A stretch of 64,000 bases of DNA from contig OZ037770.1 of NCBI GenBank assembly GCA_964035545.1, forward strand, positions 11,056,463-11,120,462. The letters run 5' to 3'. The translations under genes and the position numbers were made by a program. Shown here in pieces: positions 47,625 to 64,000 of this stretch (within the stretch, counting starts at the first letter, position 1; every line of letters begins with the position of its first letter). The notes below the pieces were generated by a model. It made no database searches and was not told the origin of the DNA. It saw only the letters and a program-made list of their open reading frames with translations. The stretch is from Bugula neritina (taxonomy: Eukaryota > Animalia > Bryozoa).

Positions 47625-48581
47625 TCAAGAGTTCACTGTATTGTTGGGGACATTTTCAATGGGCTGTACTCTGATTGTCTTAACTCGAAGAATTCTCATG
47701 ATGTGAGTTCTGTAGCTAGGAGTCATTACGATGTATACAATGATGTTCAAAGTACCATAAATAGCTTGGTAATAGATAGATATCCATCTGGTGACAATAG
47801 TCACTCTCATTGGCAAAGTTTTAATTATATTAAAGATCACTGACAGAAAACTTGGAACATAAAGCAAATAAAATGTAATACAAATAATTAGAATGTATTG
47901 AGCTGATCTTTTCACCATTAAGTCATCTGTTCCAATCGTAGTACGTTGTTGCATTCTTTTAAGCTCTCTCCAAGTTTTGAATAGCAGAACCACACAAATT
48001 GTCAAACTTATTGTTATAGAAATCATAAAAACTGCTCCCGCTTGAGTATTGAAATAAATCGGCATAGATCCAAACATACTGAAACAAAAGTTCCTCAGGT
48101 CTGCGCTTATGGGGATACCTATCACAACAAGACTAACTATCCAGATTGTGCCAAGACAAGCTCCTAAGTTGTTAAGCACTTTGTCTGTCTGTACATTGAA
48201 TGGTCGACATATGGAAACATATCTTTCATAGCTACCAGTTACCAAGATGAGATTTCGAGCCAAGTATGTGGCAAAGCCAAGTATGTTGATTACAACTTGA
48301 TACACCAAGACCTCTCTGTCAGAAAGTTTTACAACTAGCCTGTTCAGATCACAGATGACAAATAAGGTAAATATTGTACCTGTGGCTATGTCTGATATTC
48401 CAATGTTTACTACGACCCAAAAATATCCATTTCTCTTTGACTTGTCCAAGCTTTTCAGCACAATCAAGTTTAGAATGTTGCATACAACACCAAGCATGTT
48501 GAGTACCATTGAGGCTGTAGGAATAGTTGAATCAGCACAGAGTTCTGTTACATCATCACACAGGAAGCTGTTGTTCTCCAT
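47625..48581 (-). CDS. Intronless class A (rhodopsin-like) GPCR, ~318 aa, orphan
   Basis: Seven hydrophobic segments; TM1 N, TM2 D (ISD), SYERYVSICRP (E/DRY), TM4 W, TM6 YVP, TM7 NIIVY; first ATG gives MENNSF. Confidence 0.9.
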   Translation of the reverse strand: MENNSFLCDDVTELCADSTIPTASMVLNMLGVVCNILNLIVLKSLDKSKRNGYFWVVVNIGISDIATGTIFTLFVICDLNRLVVKLSDREVLVYQVVINILGFATYLARNLILVTGSYERYVSICRPFNVQTDKVLNNLGACLGTIWIVSLVVIGIPISADLRNFCFSMFGSMPIYFNTQAGAVFMISITISLTICVVLLFKTWRELKRMQQRTTIGTDDLMVKRSAQYILIICITFYLLYVPSFLSVIFNIIKTLPMRVTIVTRWISIYYQAIYGTLNIIVYIVMTPSYRTHIMRILRVKTIRVQPIENVPNNTVNS

Positions 48582-51500
48582 TCTCTTGCTGATAGTTTTC
48601 AAGAGTAGTCAGCATACAACTTTTGACAGAGTATATTATGCAAAAGTTTTATACCTTTTAAGCTCGAAATCAGTCTTCCAATTGAAAAAGATGTTAGAAA
48701 TACATTGTATACTGTGAATCAGTAATGTTAATTTGCTTGAAAATATAATTAGAGAGAAACATTTTAGAGAAAGTCAAGTTAAATAATCAATGTTACGTTT
48801 ACAATTGAAAGCATATGCAAGATTGTAAGAATATAACAGTATGTCAGGTACAGAAATATTTTATATTTACCATAATTACATGCGTAGTAATATTTTAAAG
48901 TTGATTGAAAATGAAATTACTAATATTATAATGGATAACATAGAAATGTCACTTCTGTTAATACATGTTTAAATCGATAATTCTTGTATCAATATCATCT
49001 TATAGAAAGAGAAGATAGCAAAACATGACACTCTTGTTCTTGTCATGCGCAGTATGTTATTATAGTTGTAGCAATGTATGGGAATTTACATTTTTACAAT
49101 ATTTCTGCAGTGTAGACACAGAATTGAGGCTTTTAAAAAATATTAACCTAATGTAATGCACAGAAATATTTCATTTGGCATGTATTATAGACTGTAAAAT
49201 CTCAACTTTGACACATATAAAAGTTTAGCCAAGCGTATATTGATTGATTTGAAATGTAATTACTATTTCAACTTAATTTGGATAGCATATAGAAATGTCA
49301 TCTTTTCTTAATGTGTTCAAATCAATAATTTCAGTTTTGATTTCATTTTTATATGAAAATACAAAATACATGACATATAAGCTGGCAATCTCAACAGCAT
49401 GCTATTTTAAAATGCGTGACTATATTACATTTACTTTTTTTCTATACTAAAATTTGCTTTATTCAATGTTGCATAATTATACTCACTCTTATAGCATGCA
49501 GTGATTGAAATCTTGCGAAGCTAATACAAGCATTTTTATGAGTTCTTATATAACGCTGATGTAAGCAATATTACAGCTGTTCAACAGAAAATTATCATCA
49601 GAATTGGTTTACACTTTGAACAAACCCCTTCCTTTCGATGAAACTCTTTCCTTTTTTTAGAACATATATGAACCAGAAAAACCGGAAGCAGCTATAAAAT
49701 GAAGTGTAGACAAAGTTCGAGTTTGGAGAATAAAAAGTATACTTTAGAGAGAATCATGGTTGTAATATAGTAAAGAAACTCGTAAAGTAGTTAGAATCAA
49801 TAGCATCAATATGTGTAGCAGAAGCTAGACGTCCGATAATGATGTTTTCATAGTGAAGTGAAGTGTTCTCTGAAAATGCTATAACTGCTCAAACCCGAAG
49901 CTGATAAGACTTTTAATAATAAGTGTGAACTAATTTTTTAGTTTACATTATTTTAAGTATAGTTGATGTGCTAATTGTAATGGTTTTTGGTAAACAATAA
50001 TTGTGTATTTTTTAATAAATTCTAGTGTTTCACCTTTATTAAAATAATCAAATTAATAATAGAAAATGAAACATAATTGAACAGATTGATCACTCATTAT
50101 AAGAAGCTTCTTATTTTTTTTATTTTATTCCTTATCTACACTTTATGTATAGCTACTTTATTCACAAACACCAGCTAGGAAGCTTACGTTGAAATAGGTA
50201 GGACTGTAGTATTGTAGTGGCTGTGGGAAGTAAACCCCCTAGTACTCTCTATACCTAAGTACTTGTATTATTTTATGAGGCACAAAAGTCCCAAGGGACT
50301 CCAACTCCGTAGCGATACCGCAGCTCTGTGCGGCATTATCACCAGAACCCTATACTAACCTATCAGGACCAACCTCTTGGATATAAACAGCGCCTTCCAG
50401 TGCCCAGCCTCAGTTAGAAGATAAATGTCAACTACATTAGTTAAGTTACTTGTGTAATTGTTCCTAAATTGTACTCTTTTGCTACTTTCTATATGACTCT
50501 GTTGGTACGTAATTAGAATCTCAATACAGTTCCTTCTTTAAGACGTCAACTGTTTTGGTTTTTTACATAATCTCATAGTAGACATGCAGTAATAATTTGT
50601 GCATACAATCACACCCCACTTAATAGCACATAAAACTGCAACAGTATTTTTCACACATTTGCTATCAAGAAGCTGTTTGTTTAAAGAGTTGTCTTATACA
50701 AGCCCGATATTCTTCTTTTGATTTCGGCAAATTGGTCGATCGTGAAAGTTTTTCCGGGAACGAAGTGGCGTAAAGGCACCCGTAAGAACTAAAAATACTA
50801 ATTTATCTATTTCTATCGAAGAAAACTTTACTCTTTCTCTTTTATTTTGCCAACAGAGCTCATCATAATTATATCATTACCAGTACTTCATTCAGTCACT
50901 GAACTAAGTTTAAGGTTTATTTGACTTTTGAATTTCTATTTACTTCTATATTTTTCTCAATAATTTTGACCTTTTAATTGTTAAATATAAATTTACTGAT
51001 TACACTGATTTATTTTAAGTATTGACTATTGTCAGATTAGTAAAGTCAAAAGTAAAACTAAAAGTAAAAGACAAGTGAGCCGCCTCGAGCTTGTAGTTGT
51101 ACTTGTAGTTGTAGTTGTAAAATAAAAAAGAACAAAAGTGAAGTCTAAATGAGAGGCTGGCCGAAAAGTTGAAATCTAAGTAAATGTTAAAATACAGTCT
51201 TTACTCTCTAGTAAACTGGTGTAATTAAAATTGGAGTTTGAAGACAAATAATATTTATTAATAACATAACTTAAATAATAATAATATGACACTGTGATTA
51301 AGTTTAGCATCCGTTTACAATAAATTATTAAATTTTATAAATTAATATTGAAATTTATAGTAAAGAGTTTAAGTATGATTTATATTATTATATTTATTGT
51401 ATTTAAAATTATTAAATGATAATCATAAAGGAATTCACTGAGTCTCAAAAGTCAAAGTGAACGTTGATGCTAGCAACAAACTGAAAGTGGAAATTGGTTT

Positions 51501-52479
51501 ATTCTTCTCGTTATAGTTATAAGATATATTTAAACATTTACTAAATACTTATTTTATTTCAGGCTTATGATAATAGTTATACATTTTTGCTCATTTTGCT
51601 ACAGTTAATTTTGTAGCAAAACTATACTGAAAGTTATAATTAAAAGCTAGCTTTAAGTATAACTTACAGTTAGAGTATAATTGTATACCTATGCGTACAA
51701 AAAGTACAGCTATAGGTACAAAAAGTTGTTGAGTACTATTTATGATTCTTATTGATCAGTGTCACTGCGCTTACCCTTGATTATAAGTACATTCAATATT
51801 AGATTGTATGTAAATTAATACATTCTATCAATGCCAAATTAAATATTTAGAATTGCTATAATTGTCTGATTCTGCTAATATGTTATATAATTACAGTAAA
51901 TTTTATTGTGGTATTCCTGTTTTTATTAGAACTACTGGTATGAGACTTTATCATCATTCAGATAAATTATATTTAGGTGTTCTTAAAATATGACCAGTGT
52001 CGTGTTTTTGTCTTTTGCCTTTTTATTAAAACAGTTTCAGGGTTAAAGAAATTTAAAAAGCTTATGTGCTAATGAATGTATTTTAGCAAAAATATTGTGC
52101 TCTTGCGTATGTTAGTATCACCATTCTATATACATTTACAAATACTTGTCAAATATTTTCAATACTACTGGCAAAAATTAAGCTAAAAATATTGAACTGG
52201 TAATGAAATATAAGTTCACAAATATGTAAACTAATGTGTTCTCTAGTTTTCAAAAGAGTTAATGACCTAAAGCTGAACAAGTGAATGTTTAGAAGTAGAC
52301 AAATCTACACATTTAATATAAGCATCTCATATATGCCATTCATATATAATATATTTGAGGTACTGTATGACTTCAGGGCATGTTGAAGATTCAGATAGGT
52401 ATTTTGTGTGCTCAAACCTGTTGCAAATATATGCCTCATATTTATAGTCAATACTATTTACAAATACATTACGACCACT

Positions 52480-52875
52480 AGTGTACGGTGTTACAGCTAT
52501 AGTGCAACCAATAGTGTACTGTGTTACAGATATACTACAACCAATAGTGTACTGTTTTACAGATATACTACAACCAATAATGTACTGTGTTACAGATATA
52601 CTGCAACCAATAGTGTACTGTGTTACAGATATAGTGCAACCAATAGTGTACTGTGTTACAGATATAATGCAACCAATAGTGTACTGTGTTACAGATATAT
52701 TGCAACCAATAGTGTACTGTGTTACAGATATATTGCAACCAATAGTGTACTGTGTTACAGATATACTGCAGCCAATAGTATACTGTGTTACAGATATACT
52801 ACAACCAATAGTGTACTGTGTTACATATATACTGCAACCAATAGTGTACTGTGTTACAGATATATTGCAACCAAT
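52480..52875. repeat. 33-bp minisatellite (~12 units) abutting the GFUS start codon
   Basis: Unit ATAGTGTACTGTGTTACAGATATACTGCAACCA. Confidence 0.95.
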
Positions 52876-57882
<5,007 letters not shown>

Positions 57883-58593
57883 TAATTCTAGACTAAGTTC
57901 TATAGTTTGATGCAGATTAGACGAACTCTACTCAACAGTTTCCATAATATATATGACTAATATCTCTAATCATGTAATTTATTCTTAGCTAGTTGATACT
58001 AATAGCTTGATATTAACCCGTTTAGTCTTTTTTGGAGTTGTGTTTCATCATAGGTACCCCCCCTTGTCTATTAATTACAGTTTCATCTCTTTTTGAGAGG
58101 TTAATGAAATCTCACCTTTCTGATATTTCTGTCTATGGAGTGCACTATAGTATTTTCCATAATTTTACTGTTTATATGCATAAGTGTCTTTCATTAATCA
58201 TACCTAAACTTGTCAATTTTTGAGGTTCTCAACCAATAAAATATACCAAACAGCAAAGCAATAACATTTTGCTTGGTTCAATTATAAAATCAATTTAATT
58301 CACATGGTTTTTGGCAATCAACGTCACAACTAAATATTTTCAATTATCAAACTAAGTTGAGGCATTGTCTTATGCAATAACAATACCATTATAAATATAT
58401 TTATGACTATAAAAATAGTTAAACATATAGCCCAGCCATGTCATTTATAATAGATAGTAATACATTTCCATTGCAATAATTAGCTACTTTATTTTTAATG
58501 TATTTCAAACGCAGCTAAAGTTTGCTTGATTAATCTTATATTGGCTGCTCATCAATTATAAATCACAACACTTAATTGGGTATAAGGTATACT

Positions 58594-60321
58594 CAGGGAT
58601 GTAGTGGCAAAAATGTTCTAGGCCATACTCTCAGGCCAGGGGGCCGCCCAGGCCCCCGGCGGGGTCCGGGGCAGCGCCCCGGCCGCCGAAGCCCTCAGAG
58701 CTCTTCTGATGCAAATTTATGCAATTTAAAGCCATTGTGAATTCTAATTCTTCTGAAAAAATCTGTGTTTAAATGTGCACCTCACTATTATTTTCATACA
58801 ATAGCAGCTACATGACGACTGGGCATTGCTGCAAACTATATAAATATTCAGTATTGTCCCATACTTGTTGACTGTAGTTTTAAATGTAAAGTCTTACTCA
58901 ACTGCAGTTAGGTTTGTTCTGACATGCACCAATTACAAACTGTACAGAAAAATTGCTGAAGATCTCAAAAAGATGGAAGGATAGAGGCAGGTAACAAGTG
59001 CTCTCCAAATGCAACCTGATTGTTTTATTAATAACTAATAGACTGACGTGCCCAGAAAAAGAATAATAGATCAGAAGAGAGGCAGATTGCAAATCAGAAA
59101 ATGTGTGTTTGTTATTTATAAAGAGCAATTTGAATTGATAACTCATTGGCAAGCAGAAATTGGTTAAAAACCTACTTGGAGTTTATTGGAGTACTAGTCT
59201 AATCCATAAGGAGATACCACCACACCTTCTAACACACAATAAAGCACACCCAAGAAAAGTATGTTAACTTGGTTTTAAAATAAAACCCCTGAACTTTCAC
59301 TAGACACATCAAGGAAACATACCCCAAATGAAAAAAATTGACAGGTTTAATACGTGTTAACCTAGAAGATGATTAAATATAAAGCCAGATGTTAGTTAGT
59401 ACAATCAAACATAAAAGGTTACTTATGGTGGTGTACAGTTTGCAAAACCTTATTGCATTGATAATTAACATGCAATAACGCTAGGTTTTTGAGCAAAATG
59501 TGGACATTATAGTACCTGTAGACCTCAGTGATAAATTTTTGGTATAACCTCTCCTACACAACTGGTACTGTTTCTTGAAGACATTTTGATTTTATTTCTG
59601 GATTTCATGTTGGTTTTTTAAAATTCTATTGCTTATTGACAAAATACAAGTCCACACAAGATAGATGAGGGCAACCTTCTAGCTGTCACTGCCTAATTGT
59701 GCTAGAATAAAAATTTAAAAACTATGTTGTAGATCTTCCTGTTTCTCAGAGCACCTGCTTTTTCGAGTTTTCAATATTTTTTTGCAAAGTTATAGGCAAA
59801 ACACTACTCATTTTGGCCAATTTTATCTGAAAGTTTATTTTTCAAAATGTGCCAAATATCTCAGCAGGAAAGTATGGTATTGGAATAGAACAAACGCTGT
59901 TGGAAACCTGAGAAATTTATGCATAGCAAATTTTTTGATTCCTTTCAACAGCCTTCATAGATTTTCTACAAATTAGTGATTTACACACTGGAATGAAATA
60001 TTTTTTCCTTAGCAATCACCAATGCACAGCACTTCGCGCTTCAGTGAACACCTAAAGATGAGAAAACGGAATGTTGATAGCTCTCATTATTCATGGTGTA
60101 ATCTCAGTCTAAACAATCACAAGTAGGCAACACGCATGCCACCCACATAGCATCAACATAACAAGAACTTAAACTAGATTGTGAGCGAAGATGCCCCAAC
60201 TATCCTGTGCACTAATCATCTTTCAAAAATATTATGCCCATACGGGCGTATGGCCTAGAACAGTCTATTTTCTTCTAGGCCATACGGCGTATGGGACCGT
60301 ATGGGTACCACTACATCCCTG
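58594..60321. mobile_element. Non-autonomous hAT-type DNA transposon
   Basis: Perfect 14-bp TIR CAGGGATGTAGTGG / CCACTACATCCCTG; 8-bp TSD GGTATACT on both sides; subterminal CCATAC/GTATGG repeats. Confidence 0.92.
59655..60209 (-). mobile_element. Older, deleted copy of the CAC..GTG element nested in the hAT element
   Basis: Reverse-complement homology to 27185-27940 (GGGTGGCATGCGTGTTGCCTACTTGT); flanked by CA/CA. Confidence 0.8.
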
Positions 60322-61849
60322 GGTATACTGCAATAAGGGAAAAGCGTGTTTGCAATAGCTGCATAATCATAACTGAGGTGTTGCAGGCATAACTTAAATT
60401 GCTTGAAAGTGCAACTATGTTAGGTATGCTTTAATACCATTAGCTGTGTAGAACACAAAAACCATGCAATTGAAAACACTATACTAGTTGAAAATATATA
60501 GTTTAACCACATAAGTCATTTAAACTGTTCACACCATGCCTGCATGCATGTGTTTGTACTCTAATTTTGGCAAATCAATAATTAGTTCTGATATGTAAAA
60601 CTACAAGTTTTAATACTAAATTCTATACCATATAATTATGAGCTTGCAGCAAACCACAGCGCAGTAGACACATACTGTATATGTGCTTTGGCACAACTTA
60701 ATTTATAGGTTGCATAACAATGTGCTGCAAGTTACCACAAGCGGTAGCTATCTTGAAAAATCAACTACGAAAACAAAAGAGCATCTAGAAAATACATTAC
60801 ACTTATACTAGCCACAGGATAGAGTCGAGAGCAGCTTTGATGATGGCTATCGTTCTTAGAAGAGTTGCATTCTTTTTGGTATGCACAAAACCTCATGCTG
60901 ACGTAGAGTAGCCCACTGAGCTGGAAAAGTTCATTGGAGTAGCCACTCTTATTTTTCAAACTACAAAGCCGGGTGGTACTTATTACGCTTCGTAAAAATG
61001 CAAAGATTCAGTTGCGTGAGAATTTCTCGTAAATATTGACGATTCAATTTCTCCAAGTTAAAATTCTACTTGTGCAACTTTCAAGTGCAGTTATTAATAA
61101 AACATTAAACATCAATGATCAATCATCAATCAGAATTTTTTCACTATGATGATCATTTATGCTACTATTAAAGCATTATTTATTTACGTAGTTTTAGTGG
61201 CACTAAATTTGCAAAGTTTTTAGTTGTAACTAAGTTAAATTTTACAATATTTAATTTTATATTTGAGTTTGAGTTTGCAATTTTATAAACAATAAAATTA
61301 AATATAATGAATAATTATAAAACATGAGTATAATAATCATATTCATTATTTTATAATTTAATGTTGATATTTATATTTTATTCAAGATTATAATCATAAT
61401 GAATAATAACAATATTTATAACTATTTATGATTGTAAATATTAAGCTTAGCTCCTATAATTATAATAATTATAACAACATGTAACCCAGTGAATATCAGT
61501 GATGAGTGAATTACACTATCACTGTGTTGCATGTTTGTTAGCAGATCAAATGTAATTCAAGTTGAAGCTTAAAAGCTACTTTTGCACCCATTAGCTGTAA
61601 GTCTAACTTTATCACTATGAGTATGTGTAATGTGTAGGCATGATGCACACTTTGATTTTCAGTTTCACACTTAGTCTTACAGTTAGTGTTACTGTTACAG
61701 TGGTATTGTTAGTTAAACCTACCATTACTGTAAGTGTAACACTTAAAATTACTTATAAAATTTATTATAAGTAACTATGCATAATGTTGTAAATATGGTT
61801 TTGTATTAAAGTCTTTTAGAGTGCTTTTCGACATTACAGATAGATACCC

Positions 61850-63791
61850 ATGTCTTCAGCCACCATTCAGCTGGCAAAGAGGTTTTCAGCCCGAAGTCTG
61901 CAAATTTTTTCTAGAAGAAAAGCCTTTCAACATTTATCTTGTCGACAGTTCAACGAGCAGTCCTGCATAAATCGTGAGTTGGACATCATAATAACTAGTG
62001 ATATCGAATAGTCACATTGCATAATAATCGACTGTTAAACACAAACTAAACTAGTTTAAAAATGTCTTTTGAATTTTAAAGCCGGAGATGGTCTCACCAA
62101 TGAACAAAAACTTATCTTTGAAACTGCAAAGGATTTTGCTACAAACGAAATGGAGCCTAAAATGAAACTCTGGGATGAAGAAGTTAGTCATCGTTAAGTA
62201 TTAATCTATTTTACGTTATAAACAGCTGCTATTGCATTTTAAGTCCAATCATATGCAACATGAAAGTTTAGTAAATGCTGCAGTTAGTGACCTCACCTAT
62301 ATCAAATCTGCATATCTTTCCTTACTATATGTATTCATAGCCTAATATATGGCCACTGTGTATGTACTAAAAAAAATTTCTCAGTGTAATAACCCATAAA
62401 TTTCACAAGAGATTTCATGGTTGTGCAGTTTTAAGATATTTTTTCTGTAGGAGATATTTCCAAGAGATGTGTTACAGAATGCAGCACAGCTGGGGTTTGG
62501 TGCCATCTATTGTAAAGAGGATTATGGAGGGACGGGACTGGGGCGGTTGGATGCCTCCATTATATTTGAGGCTCTGTCTACAGGTTGTGTGAGCACAACT
62601 GCATACATTAGTATTCACAAGTGAGTGTGGTGTGACTGTATTCTACTATTTTAGTGGCTGTACATTTGCTGGGAGCATATAACACATTTTGCTTCAAACT
62701 ATACGTTGCAAGAAAAGCTAAAAACTTGAAGGCTAATCGTTTGTGAATTTTTTGTTTATATCTTGGTATTAATTCTATAGTCATTGTCAGGCAATAATCA
62801 TATACAGCCAACTTATTTTTTTTAAGATTTACTCTGGTACAATTATGCAATTATGACTGGATGCTCGTTGTAACATCACCAATAGCCTTTACTGCGGATT
62901 GCACTCATGACTTCGGGTTAACTAGGCCAGCACTCTTACCCCTAGACCATGAATGTTGTCTCCATTTTGTTTTTAAATAATGGTATACTATTAGCACTTC
63001 ACTTGGATTTTTATTTTGAGCAAAAATATGTTAGATCTAAGGCTATCTGATCTCAGCCAATAGCAACTGTTAATGTTTTATTAAGCCCACAACAACAGCT
63101 TTGAATATAAGTATATTCCAAGCTGGTTTTTGGCAGCATGTGTGCATGGATGATTGATACCTTCGGAACAAAAGAGCTGAGAGAGAGACATTTACCAAGT
63201 CTGGCCAGTATGGAGAGATTTGCTTCATACTGTCTGACAGAGCCAGGTTCTGGTAGTGATGCTGCTTCTATATCCACTAGTGCTGTCAGAAAGGATGACA
63301 AATATATATTGAATGGCTCAAAGGTAAATTATGTTACTATGGCAACCAATGTTTACCTGGCTGTCTTTAATTACTTCTAAATTCAATCTGTATTCAGTTC
63401 AGTCTATCATATAAAACATGATTGTATGCAGTATATATACTTTTAAATTGACCCATGTGTTTTAAAATTCTATTTAATCTGTATATATAGCTTCTAAATT
63501 TATTTTCTGTTTCCCTCCAAAAGTATTTTTGAAATCGTCCAATTAGGGGTGTGGTGTATTATTGTATTTTTCTCGTTAGCACAGACTGTACCACGGCTGC
63601 TAGGATCAGACTGGTTAACTTTTTATGATGTAGCATGTGTTCTTATTTTAAAGGCATTCATAAGTGGGGGTGGAGAAAGTGACGTGTACCTTGTAATGTG
63701 TAGAACTGGAGATTCTGGTCCTAAGGGTATAAGCTGTGTGCTGGTAGAAAATGGATCACCAGGATTGTCATTTGGTGCCAAAGAAAAGAAG
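61850..63791 (+). CDS. ACAD8: Isobutyryl-CoA dehydrogenase, mitochondrial (3'-truncated by window). Exons 61850-61973, 62082-62182, 62451-62620, 63137-63323, 63654-63791
   Basis: Basic presequence; [89 protein letters not shown]. Confidence 0.93.
62847..62952 (-). mobile_element. tRNA-derived SINE remnant in an ACAD8 intron
   Basis: Minus strand TGGTCTAGGGGTAAGAGTGC (A-box-like), degenerate B box, and a core shared with 15280-15316. Confidence 0.5.
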
Positions 63792-64000
63792 GTAATGGAC
63801 TTTGAGTTACTAGAAATTGACTTTCGTATTGTGTTTTACAACACTGTATTTGTTTTATGTTCGCAAACAGCATTTAATTGTGGAAAAAGAAACAAAATAT
63901 GTTTGTCTTACAGCTACAAAACCTCTTAGCAGTTGTAAACTGGTGCTAAGTTTGTGTAACTTTTTAAATTATTTTATATAACACTTTTAGAACTATTAAC

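Noticed and set aside
48355-48717. 120-aa + strand ORF
   Set aside because: Antisense shadow of the GPCR.

Overview
AT-rich, intron-containing animal (invertebrate-type) genomic DNA with no prokaryotic features. The first ~46 kb is a tandem cluster of three TRIM-like (RING/B-box/B-box/coiled-coil) paralogues on the + strand. Copy A is 5'-truncated and followed by duplicated 3' tail modules. Copy B has intron 2 expanded to ~13.8 kb by nested LTR retrotransposons. Copy C ends in a spliced PARP-like domain that lacks the catalytic motif and is invisible in the ORF track. Inside copy B, a very young Ty3/Gypsy element (307-bp LTRs with 1 mismatch, tRNA-Leu PBS, -1 frameshift signal) carries a third, probably spliced, zinc-finger ORF where env would sit. 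A decayed relative at ~35-37 kb keeps homologues of gag, the frameshift cassette and this ORF3. Between copies B and C lies a cluster of hammerhead-ribozyme motifs around a 356-bp (TA)n-centred palindrome. The last ~17 kb holds an intronless class A GPCR (- strand), a complete GDP-L-fucose synthase (GFUS/TSTA3) gene, a hAT element with a nested CAC..GTG element, and the 5' part of ACAD8. All gene models were spliced and translated by eye; no database searches were run.
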